IMG/VR virus record: IMGVR_UViG_3300005739_000025
DNA from: a virus
Lineage: Duplodnaviria > Caudoviricetes
Length of the DNA: 64,000 bases
Strand: one strand, 5' to 3'
Position numbers and translations under genes: made by a program. Positions 56,436 through 64,000 of this stretch are shown here, one piece after another (positions within the stretch are counted from its first letter, which is position 1; every line of letters starts with the position of its first letter). Under the pieces are notes generated by a model. That model was not told where the DNA came from and searched no databases. It was given only the letters and a program-made list of their open reading frames with translations.

Positions 56436-57296
56436 ATGAATAAATTCACTCCTTCAATGTTCGAAAGTATTAAAAATGCATTACAAAAAAATTCACAACA
56501 GTCTTCTTACAAAAACATTCTTAAGACAGAAGTGGGTAATTCTTATACCGTTAGACTTTTACCTAATGTAAAAGATCCTAGCAAGACTTTTTTCCACTTT
56601 TATTCTGTTGGTTGGACTTCTTTTGCTACTGGTCAGTATATTACATACTTGAGCCCATCTACTTTTGGTGAGCGTGACCCTGTCTTAGAAGCTAAGTATC
56701 GCATTCTTCGTAATGATAATGAAGACGAAGAGCTTAAGAAAAAAGCTAATGCTGTATTGCGTTCTGAAAAATGGCTAGTTAACGCCTATGTAGTTAAAGA
56801 TCCCAAGACTCCTGAGAACGATGGTAAGGTTATGATCGTTCGTTATGGTAAACAGCTTCAAAAGATTATTATGGATGCTATTGAAGGTGAGGGTTCTGAA
56901 GATTTCGGTCCAAGAATCTTTGATCTATCCTCCAACGGTTGTAACTTTGTTATCAAGGTTGAGAAGCAAGGCGATTATCCAACCTATGTTAGTAGTAAGT
57001 TTGGTATGCCTAAAGCTATTGAAGGTCTTGATGAAAGTAAGATCGAGTCAATCTATAACAGTACATCTGATTTGACCTCAGTACTTCCAGTTAAGAGCTT
57101 TGAAGAGATTCAAGGTCTTCTTAACGAACACTTCTATTGTAATGAAGATGTCCAAGAAAAAGTTACTTCGTCTGCTGTTGTTAGTACACCTTCAAAGACT
57201 ATGTCTGATTCCGTTACCGTTACTGACAGTTCTGATGAGTTGGTGGATGAAAATAAGGTCAACGAACTCCTTAAAGGGCTTGACGAATTAGTCTAA
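56436..57296 (+). CDS. 32: Single-stranded DNA-binding protein gp32
   Basis: VRLLP, VNAYVVKDP..PENDGKV...RYGKQL..II, IFD...GCNFVIKV...YPTY..SKF; acidic tail. Confidence 0.9.
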   Translation: MNKFTPSMFESIKNALQKNSQQSSYKNILKTEVGNSYTVRLLPNVKDPSKTFFHFYSVGWTSFATGQYITYLSPSTFGERDPVLEAKYRILRNDNEDEELKKKANAVLRSEKWLVNAYVVKDPKTPENDGKVMIVRYGKQLQKIIMDAIEGEGSEDFGPRIFDLSSNGCNFVIKVEKQGDYPTYVSSKFGMPKAIEGLDESKIESIYNSTSDLTSVLPVKSFEEIQGLLNEHFYCNEDVQEKVTSSAVVSTPSKTMSDSVTVTDSSDELVDENKVNELLKGLDELV

Positions 57297-57297
57297 T

Positions 57298-57777
57298 ATG
57301 GAAAATGATGTACTAGATGTAGGTTCATTGCCTACCGATCCTAGAGAAATGGCTCTAAGGTTGTTAGGTATGACTGCTGCGGAGCTAAAAAGTATAGATG
57401 AAAAAGTTGTATCTGGTAGAAACTCTGTTGGTGGGATTAGAACAGATATTAATAAAATTGTTCAAGATTTTAATAATATCAAACCTACAACTAATACAAT
57501 TCCTACACAGCAGGGTATATCAGCTCCTCCACAACCTGTTCAGGTAGTTCATCAACCTATAACACAACCAATATCTGCTCCTGCGGTTGTACAAGTAGAA
57601 GAGGAAAATAAAAATCAATTAGAATTTGACTTCTATAAGGCTATTAAACCAGAAGATCTAGAGTATAGATTGAGATTGATAGAGCAATCTCTTCAAGATA
57701 TAACTGGAAAAATAGATTTAGTGATTAATATTATAAAAAAAAATACTCAGGACCTAAATGGAAGTCACGACGAATAA
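57298..57777 (+). CDS. Hypothetical protein
   Basis: 159-aa ORF, Pro/Gln-rich middle, C-terminal coiled coil. Confidence 0.6.
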   Translation: MENDVLDVGSLPTDPREMALRLLGMTAAELKSIDEKVVSGRNSVGGIRTDINKIVQDFNNIKPTTNTIPTQQGISAPPQPVQVVHQPITQPISAPAVVQVEEENKNQLEFDFYKAIKPEDLEYRLRLIEQSLQDITGKIDLVINIIKKNTQDLNGSHDE

Positions 57778-58492
57778 TAAATTTTTTAAGAAACTTTTTC
57801 TCGAACAAATAAGTAGAATTTCTGATAACGCGGTATTCGTACTAAGCAATAATTTGTTAGAGTGTAAAACTTGTACACCTGATAACTCTGTAATATTAGG
57901 CTTAAAGTTTAAAGTAATAACTAAAGATAATATTGATACTCCAATTACTATTAACGTAGGGGATATTAAAAAGTTAATACGTGCTTTTGATTGTATTGAA
58001 GATGAAAATATTACGTTTAAATTAGAAAATAACAATATCACTTACTCTGATAAAAATGTTAAATTTAAATACCATTTGCTAGAGAACGGTATTATTAATC
58101 AACCAAAAGTCAATCTTCAAAAACTTGATCAACTAGAGTTTGATGGTACATTTTCGTTGACAGATAAAACGCTAATCGATTTAATTAAAGCTAGTACTTT
58201 CTCTACAGATTCAAATAAAATTTATATCTCGTCTAATGAAAATTTATTGAAAGGTAATCTAACTGATAAAGCAAAATATAATGTGGATAGTTTTGAAATT
58301 AATGTATCAGATAATTATACAGGTAAATCAGTTGAAAATCTCTGCTTAAATTTTGAGGTATTTAGAATTCTTAGTACATCTAAAGTCAATAAGCTAGATT
58401 GTAAGATTTCTTCCAAAGTTGGAGTTGTTTTATTTAGTTTTGAGAATAATATAATTACATCAAAGTATATAGTATCAGCTCTAACAAAATGA
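57758..58492 (+). CDS. 45: Sliding clamp gp45
   Basis: 244 aa with clamp-like beta pattern (FSLTDKTLIDLIKASTF, LCLNFEVFRIL); in replication operon. Confidence 0.7.
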   Translation: MEVTTNNKFFKKLFLEQISRISDNAVFVLSNNLLECKTCTPDNSVILGLKFKVITKDNIDTPITINVGDIKKLIRAFDCIEDENITFKLENNNITYSDKNVKFKYHLLENGIINQPKVNLQKLDQLEFDGTFSLTDKTLIDLIKASTFSTDSNKIYISSNENLLKGNLTDKAKYNVDSFEINVSDNYTGKSVENLCLNFEVFRILSTSKVNKLDCKISSKVGVVLFSFENNIITSKYIVSALTK

Positions 58493-58878
58493 AAAAGCCT
58501 AAAAATACAATTAGAACACCATCTTACTTTTGCAAAAGACTAAAGGATAATAATTTTATTGTTTTTAAGGTTTTTAATAATTATGGTAAACACGATCCAA
58601 GAAGATGGACTGTGTTAGTTGATCCAGGTGGAGCCTCAGTGTTTATTACTTGTTACACAAACAAGGAATTCTCAGGGGATATTATGTTTGAATTTTCTGA
58701 TGGTGGTCAAAGATTTCCAAAAAACTACAGCCTCAAGACAGAAAGTATTGAAGTGGTTATAAGTCACTTGATTAATAGGGGAGTTAGTAACAATGCTAAG
58801 CAGTCTCCTTTGTATTTTTTACCTAAATACTTTAGTAGTAATGTCAGAGAAACCGAACAAGAAGTCAAAAATGGATAA
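58489..58878 (+). CDS. Hypothetical protein
   Basis: ATGA-coupled ORF. Confidence 0.6.
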   Translation: MKKPKNTIRTPSYFCKRLKDNNFIVFKVFNNYGKHDPRRWTVLVDPGGASVFITCYTNKEFSGDIMFEFSDGGQRFPKNYSLKTESIEVVISHLINRGVSNNAKQSPLYFLPKYFSSNVRETEQEVKNG

Positions 58879-59152
58879 GCTATCTGCTCCAGAAAAAGCT
58901 CACATTGAAGAACTGCTCAAAAGCGCAATGCAGGATTATGCAGTTCGTCAACACAAGTTTATAAAGGATAAAGAAGAGCTTGCCAAAAAGTTATCTAGCA
59001 TTATTTCAGAATATCTTGGCCCGTTCATGATTATTGGATATGACACAAAAGGCGAACCCTTTAATATTTTACACACCTCTTCACAATTAGATCTTGATGC
59101 TCTAATAACCGCAATAAATAAGTTCATATTTAATATTCATAACAACCAATGA
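58841..59152 (+). CDS. Hypothetical protein
   Basis: Start moved to ATG 58841, downstream of TAAATA at 58824-29. Confidence 0.55.
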   Translation: MSEKPNKKSKMDKLSAPEKAHIEELLKSAMQDYAVRQHKFIKDKEELAKKLSSIISEYLGPFMIIGYDTKGEPFNILHTSSQLDLDALITAINKFIFNIHNNQ

Positions 59153-60012
59153 AAACTATTTTACTCTTAGGCAACGGATTTTTAGGTAGTAACCTATCAA
59201 ACTTTTTCTCACAAAACAATGTAGATTATAATATTTATAATAGGTCAATGTTAGATTATACTAACCCGGATGTACTTAATAATTTTTTAGATAATAATAA
59301 AGATAAATTTTTTGCGGTCATCTCTTCTTTTGGTTACACTGGTAGACCCAACGTAGATGGATGTGAGGCAAATAAAGAAGATTGTTGGAATTTTAACGTT
59401 ACATATCCTCTAAACGTAGTTAAAGTTGCAAACGACCACAAACTACCCGTTATACATGTAAGTAGTGGTTGTATTTATAGTGGTTATGATAAAGTATATA
59501 CTGAAGATGATAAACCTAATTTTGGTTTGTTTTCTGATGACAGTAGTTTTTATAGTAAATGTAAACATGCCGGTGAACTGGCATTAGATGGTTATTGTGT
59601 TTATATTTTAAGAATAAGAATACCTTTTACAAATACATTTGTACCTAAAAATTATTTTACTAAACTTTATAAGTATAACGACCTAATAGACATGTCAAAT
59701 AGTGTTACTAGTGTAACAGATTTTAATAATTTTGTTTTTAGATTTATGTATTTGCTTAGAGATTTGCCTGGCGGTATCTACAATACAGTTAATCCACAAC
59801 CAGTAAAGGCATCTGAGGTTGTTGATATAATGAAAAAATATGGAATAGAAAATCCTAACTGGAACTTTATAGATGTTAAGGATTTAAATACTATAGCAAA
59901 AAGAAGCAATTGTGTTCTGAGTACAGAGAAGATAGAAAAATATAATCTTCCGTTCCCCAATACATTGGAATCATTAGAAAGAGATATTAAGGTTTTTAGA
60001 GGTTATATTTAA
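59149..60012 (+). CDS. NDP-4-keto-6-deoxyhexose reductase / 3,5-epimerase-4-reductase (RmlD/NRS-ER-like SDR)
   Basis: LLLGNGFLG Rossmann motif, GYTGRPNVDGCE, HVSSGCIY, YSKCK (YxxxK). Confidence 0.85.
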   Translation: MKTILLLGNGFLGSNLSNFFSQNNVDYNIYNRSMLDYTNPDVLNNFLDNNKDKFFAVISSFGYTGRPNVDGCEANKEDCWNFNVTYPLNVVKVANDHKLPVIHVSSGCIYSGYDKVYTEDDKPNFGLFSDDSSFYSKCKHAGELALDGYCVYILRIRIPFTNTFVPKNYFTKLYKYNDLIDMSNSVTSVTDFNNFVFRFMYLLRDLPGGIYNTVNPQPVKASEVVDIMKKYGIENPNWNFIDVKDLNTIAKRSNCVLSTEKIEKYNLPFPNTLESLERDIKVFRGYI

Positions 60013-60365
60013 TGTTCTTTAAAAAGAGGTTTTTACCCACTAATAGAGGCTTCTACGCAGTTTTACATGGTACTTATAAAGGCAATTTTTTTGTTTTTAT
60101 AAAACAAAACATTACCAGTTGTGTTTGTTTTACTTTACCAGATAAAGAAGTTCTTACTGTCCCGTTAAATGATTTTTCTAAGGCACTCTCTTCTGGAATT
60201 ATAGAATTTATAGAAAAACTACCTAAAAAGGTATATACAACAGTTGAAGAAGAATTTATTAAGATAAATAAGTTTAATGGATATAGTAGAGCCCAGAAAA
60301 ATAACAAGCCCGATAAGCGGCTTACCAGTAGAGCCCAGAATTGTAACAATACAGCACGGAAATAA
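60012..60365 (+). CDS. Hypothetical protein (C-terminal tail overlaps the next ORF)
   Basis: TAATG-coupled ORF. Confidence 0.55.
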   Translation: MFFKKRFLPTNRGFYAVLHGTYKGNFFVFIKQNITSCVCFTLPDKEVLTVPLNDFSKALSSGIIEFIEKLPKKVYTTVEEEFIKINKFNGYSRAQKNNKPDKRLTSRAQNCNNTARK

Positions 60366-60456
60366 AATTGTTAAAGAGGCTCATTGGATAGATCCCGCTT
60401 CAGGGACATTTATAAGAAAAGGTATTATTTCAGTAGAAGAAGTAAAACCTAGTTGA
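60277..60456 (+). CDS. 59-aa late protein (MDIVEPRKITSPISGLPVEPRIVTIQHGNKIVKEAHWIDPASGTFIRKGIISVEEVKPS), absent from the ORF track
   Basis: Translated by hand; TAAATA (60265-70) 6 nt before ATG; 14-bp direct repeat encoding VEPR twice. Confidence 0.7.
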   Translation: MDIVEPRKITSPISGLPVEPRIVTIQHGNKIVKEAHWIDPASGTFIRKGIISVEEVKPS

Positions 60457-60485
60457 TATATTCTATTATTTTTTTATAATAATAG

Positions 60486-61526
60486 GTGTTTTTACCGTTA
60501 ACAGAAAACTATATCGCGAGTAAGTTTTTTCAAAACTGCGGTAAACCCTTTTATAATAGAACTCAGAAAACCTATCAAGGTTCTTGCCCTATTTGTAGAG
60601 AAGGTAGCTCTTGGCTTAAAAAAAGACGATGCTACTATATCGTTGATAAGAACGTAGTCTGCTGCCATAATTGTGGTTGGTACAGCAATCCATATAATTG
60701 GATTTTAAAAGTAACAGGTCTTAATTTTTCTGAAGTTAAAAAAGAATTAGAAAATTTTGATACACCTATATTTTCTGTAAATATAAAGCAAAAGGATAAC
60801 AAAAAAGAACACAATATAACAGAGAACTTGCCTTCAGATAGTATTAACTTATTAGACGAAAATCAAACAGAGTATTATTCTCAAAACCAAACCATTAAAC
60901 AGGCACTAAGTTTACTTAGAAACAGAAGACTTATAAGCGCTATAAACAGACCTTTAACATTTTATATTTCACTAACTGACAAGGTACACGAAAATAGATT
61001 GGTGATACCTTTTTACAGTGATGATAATAAGATAATCCATTATCAAACAAGAACTGTTTTAGATACTGATACTAGACCAAAATATCTATCAAAAGTAGGG
61101 TCCGAAAAGTCTCTCTACGGTATTAATGCTGTAAATAGCGATCTCGAATATTTGTTTATTACAGAAGGTCCAATCGATGCTATGTTTTTACAAAATGGTA
61201 TTGCAGTAGCAGGTATTAATGAGAGTAAGACAAGAAACTTTACCGAGACCCAAAAACAGCAACTTAATGGCTACCCTCTACATAAAAAGATATGGGTATT
61301 AGATAATCAATATAGCGATAAAACAAGTAAACAAAAGACAAAGAACCTATTAGACGCAGGTGAAAACGTATTTATATGGCCTGAAAATCTAAAGAATTAC
61401 AAAGATTTAAACGAGTATTGTATAGATAAAAAGTGTGATAGTTTTGATAGAGATATTATTTTAAATAATACCTATTCAGGACTTAGAGGTAAGTTACTAC
61501 TTACTAGTCGTTGCTGCCAGCAATAA
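60486..61526 (+). CDS. 61: DNA primase gp61
   Basis: CPIC...CCHNCG zinc finger, RLVIPFY, KYL, ITEGPIDAMF TOPRIM, VLDN, KDLNE. Confidence 0.92.
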   Translation: MFLPLTENYIASKFFQNCGKPFYNRTQKTYQGSCPICREGSSWLKKRRCYYIVDKNVVCCHNCGWYSNPYNWILKVTGLNFSEVKKELENFDTPIFSVNIKQKDNKKEHNITENLPSDSINLLDENQTEYYSQNQTIKQALSLLRNRRLISAINRPLTFYISLTDKVHENRLVIPFYSDDNKIIHYQTRTVLDTDTRPKYLSKVGSEKSLYGINAVNSDLEYLFITEGPIDAMFLQNGIAVAGINESKTRNFTETQKQQLNGYPLHKKIWVLDNQYSDKTSKQKTKNLLDAGENVFIWPENLKNYKDLNEYCIDKKCDSFDRDIILNNTYSGLRGKLLLTSRCCQQ

Positions 61527-61923
61527 GATAACCTTTAAGAGCTTCTGCTAATGCTGATAGATCAACCGCCACTCTAGAAATTCTCTTTGATTCAGAGCTG
61601 GCAATTTTTTCAAACATTGTATCACAGTCACAATTGTGTAGTTTGGTTTGAACAGAAGATTCATTAACTCCGTTTAAGTATTCTACAAATTCTTCAATTT
61701 TAGAAATCCAATTAGTAAGCTCAGATTTTTGTGAATCTAGACTTTGTTGTTTTAAAGCTGCGATATCTTCGCCTGGCTTGATCCCAGCACCAAGATCTTC
61801 AGGAGCAACACCTGGCTCTAATTCACCTTGAAGAGCATCCTCTTCACCTGTGTCCTGAGGTGGCTTAATTTCTTCTTCATCTTGTTCTAATAGAACTTTG
61901 AAACGATCTTTAAATAGTGACAT
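61504..61923 (-). CDS. Acidic late protein (probable head-internal protein)
   Basis: MSLFKDRFKVLLEQ leader; TAAGTA variant motif upstream. Confidence 0.6.
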   Translation of the reverse strand: MSLFKDRFKVLLEQDEEEIKPPQDTGEEDALQGELEPGVAPEDLGAGIKPGEDIAALKQQSLDSQKSELTNWISKIEEFVEYLNGVNESSVQTKLHNCDCDTMFEKIASSESKRISRVAVDLSALAEALKGYLIAGSND

Positions 61924-61964
61924 ATAAATTACTTATTCTAACCAAGCTAAAATAAATAATTAAA

Positions 61965-62351
61965 ATGGGTAAAAATAATAAAATGATTAGCGAAGATGTT
62001 CAGAACATATATAACAAATGGGTGTCTGGAATAGCTAAAAGAGAAGCGCCACCAGAAGTAATAACAGCAGCTGATATTCAGAATAGATATAGAAATGGTT
62101 TAAACTATACAGCGCCTCAATCGCTTCCTTATCCTTTAACTAATCTTTTAGATTTTTTAGGTAACTTATTTGTTAAGTCTGCTGAAATGAGACATTCTTT
62201 GGGAAGTGCTATTACGTATCCAGTAATTAAAGAAAAAAAATCTAGTGTAGATGCAATTAAAAAACTAAATGAAAAATTAAGAGAGATTCAGGACATTATA
62301 TACTCTTGCACTGAAGAGCTTAATCAAATAGTTGAAAATAAAGAAAAGTAG
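61965..62351 (+). CDS. Hypothetical late protein
   Basis: TAAATA 6 nt before ATG. Confidence 0.6.
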   Translation: MGKNNKMISEDVQNIYNKWVSGIAKREAPPEVITAADIQNRYRNGLNYTAPQSLPYPLTNLLDFLGNLFVKSAEMRHSLGSAITYPVIKEKKSSVDAIKKLNEKLREIQDIIYSCTEELNQIVENKEK

Positions 62352-62365
62352 AATATAATTATATT

Positions 62366-62821
62366 GTGATTTTACAAATAATTAAAAGTTTAATAATAAC
62401 TTTTACTGTAGCAGCAGCAATAGGATATTTTTTAACAACAGTAGGCATATCCTTTTTGCCAACTTTTTTCTTAGTTGTAATTTTGCAATTTTTGTTTTTT
62501 TATTTTTATGGTGAAATAGTAAAAAGAAGAAACGAAACACTACAAGTAGAAGCAGAGATTAATATAGCAAAAGAATTATCCCGTCAACAAGTCACTGTGA
62601 CTTGTCCTTGCGATAGAAATATTCAAACTACTATTCCTGTTGATTTAAGCCGACAAAACAGTTATGTATGTCAAGGGTGTAATAAAGATATAAGCGTTTT
62701 TATAGAAACTAAAACAGCTCTCTCTACTAAGCCCGTTATGTCTAATCCATTAGACACACCTATAATGTTAGATGAAATACAGAAAGTTTTAAAAGATGAT
62801 GCAAATAGAAGAGAAAAATAG
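62366..62821 (+). CDS. Two-TM protein with C-terminal zinc-ribbon-like motif
   Basis: Hydrophobic N-terminus; CPC...CQGC. Confidence 0.6.
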   Translation: MILQIIKSLIITFTVAAAIGYFLTTVGISFLPTFFLVVILQFLFFYFYGEIVKRRNETLQVEAEINIAKELSRQQVTVTCPCDRNIQTTIPVDLSRQNSYVCQGCNKDISVFIETKTALSTKPVMSNPLDTPIMLDEIQKVLKDDANRREK

Positions 62822-63176
62822 CTCATCCATACTACCTGTTAAGGAGATTAAACAAGAGTATAATATTGCTGATTTAAACAATATAATTACCCAGTTACTT
62901 GCAAAAATAGATCCAAAGCTTTTAAAAACTTTTGATTTTTATTCTCTTAAAAACAATAGAGGTTTGGTTTTAGATTTATTTAATAATCTGGAAAATATTA
63001 TTAAAGATAAAAATTTAATTTCCGATAACCTGAACAATATAACAAAGATATTTGAAACAATAAAGATACAATTTCAGTTATTAGAAGAAATAAAAATAGA
63101 TAAACCGGAAAATAATGAAATTTTTACCGTCTTTCTTGCTACAACTCTGTCATACTTAAAAAAATATTTTTCTTGA
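62796..63176 (+). CDS. Hypothetical protein
   Basis: 126-aa ORF overlapping upstream stop. Confidence 0.5.
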   Translation: MMQIEEKNSSSILPVKEIKQEYNIADLNNIITQLLAKIDPKLLKTFDFYSLKNNRGLVLDLFNNLENIIKDKNLISDNLNNITKIFETIKIQFQLLEEIKIDKPENNEIFTVFLATTLSYLKKYFS

Positions 63177-63201
63177 CGTTCTTAAATATTTTTTATATAC
63201 T
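63173..63201 (+). promoter_or_regulatory. sigma70-like promoter TTGACG-N17-TATACT
   Basis: Near-consensus; ATG 6 nt downstream (63208). Confidence 0.7.
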
Positions 63202-63207
63202 TTATTT

Positions 63208-63525
63208 ATGAGTAGTAAAAAATATGTAACATTTGAAACTAAAAAGAACGGAACCATTGCAATGTCAAAAGAAACATTCGCTAGATGGTTGTGTTTAATG
63301 GAAGCTTTTTATATCATTGAAAAGAAAGCAGAAGAACTAGAGGTCAATTTGACTGATAATGATCTAGTAAGACCCTTAGCATTTGAAAAATATATTGATC
63401 AGCGCTTTGAGAGCATGATGTTAGATCTCACACATGATGAAAAGAATAATTTACTTGGTAAAAATTTCGTACATTATTCAAACAACCCTGAAAGCGAAGA
63501 ACTAGTAGTATCCACCATAAGTTAA
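63208..63525 (+). CDS. Hypothetical early protein
   Basis: 105-aa ORF behind a near-consensus sigma70 promoter. Confidence 0.6.
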   Translation: MSSKKYVTFETKKNGTIAMSKETFARWLCLMEAFYIIEKKAEELEVNLTDNDLVRPLAFEKYIDQRFESMMLDLTHDEKNNLLGKNFVHYSNNPESEELVVSTIS

Positions 63526-64000
63526 CGTGTTGTTAATATTCATATCAAATACCTGGAACCTAGACTGAGCTTCAGCATCTCCTGGATATGATGAAGTTCT
63601 AATAACAGGTGTAGTTTGATTACTAGATAATATCCCGTAATAAGTATCATCATGTACTTGGGCACTACCCTTTTCAAATGTTATATCTGGCTCAAAAGAG
63701 TAATCAAAACGCTTAGCTTTTAACATCCACACATAGTGTCCCATAAGCGGATTAATTTGAGAATTGTCTTCATCACATCTTTCGGTGATTTCAAACATCT
63801 TACCGTCCCTTTCACCTGGTCTGTCGGACCCATATTCTAAAAGTTTAAAAACATCTCCAGATTTTGGTTCCCATGTTGGAGGAAACACAGCATAGAAACT
63901 ACTTATATGTACATATGCTGTTACCGTGTCATCGCTTTGAAAACCAAACTTACTTAATACTAAGGCATTTTCAGCTAATTTAACTCCCATTATTAAAGGC
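63502..64000 (-). CDS. Neck/head-completion protein gp14-like, 5'-truncated by the window edge
   Basis: LSKFGFQSDD...EPKSGDVF...MFEI resembles the T4 gp14 SKFG...P.EGD motifs; frame open to 64000. Confidence 0.6.
   Translation of the reverse strand, partial: PLIMGVKLAENALVLSKFGFQSDDTVTAYVHISSFYAVFPPTWEPKSGDVFKLLEYGSDRPGERDGKMFEITERCDEDNSQINPLMGHYVWMLKAKRFDYSFEPDITFEKGSAQVHDDTYYGILSSNQTTPVIRTSSYPGDAEAQSRFQVFDMNINNTLTYGGYY

Noticed and set aside
1-64000. Stop-codon reassignment (TAG or TGA read-through) as in some large phages
   Set aside because: TAG (5932-34, 15265-67, 42139-41) and TGA end genes exactly at operon junctions, and core genes are full length in the standard code
1-64000. CRISPR arrays, tRNA genes, IS elements, integrase
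   Set aside because: No spaced repeat array, no cloverleaf apart from the tmRNA tRNA-like domain, and no transposase or recombinase motifs found by eye; a tRNAscan/ARAGORN run would be the proper check

Overview
64 kb of an AT-rich, large T4-like (Tevenvirinae/Kyanoviridae-like) myophage genome read in the standard genetic code. Left to right: a translationally coupled operon of about 14 glycosyltransferase, methyltransferase and accessory genes (1-10.4 kb); a minus-strand lysis cassette (lipoprotein, coiled-coil membrane protein, 39-aa membrane peptide, holin-like protein, M15 endolysin); virion and tail-type genes, including a Thr-rich collagen-like protein and a 1604-aa protein with a metallophosphoesterase and two LamG domains; a phage tmRNA with an unusually long 34-residue tag; a complete group I ribozyme core between two genes with no convincing cis 5' exon; two GT4 paralogs; a cluster of probable head-internal proteins; and the T4-type replication module (uvsY, uvsW, 55, 47, 46, 43, uvsX, 41, 32, 45, 61). 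The replication module is interleaved with folE, thyX, queC, a class II glutamine amidotransferase, heme oxygenase plus bilin reductase, and sugar-nucleotide and glycosyltransferase genes. The window ends in a gp14-like neck gene. Most promoter-like motifs, both late TAAATA and sigma70-like TTGAnn-N15/17-TAnnnT, lie about 5-8 nt upstream of start codons, implying largely leaderless mRNAs. The most striking signal is the orphan group I ribozyme (24937-25128): its apparent guide GGCCCG is complementary to CGGGCU, the sequence ending at U33 of bacterial initiator tRNA-fMet. All family assignments come from motif recognition by eye; no searches were run.
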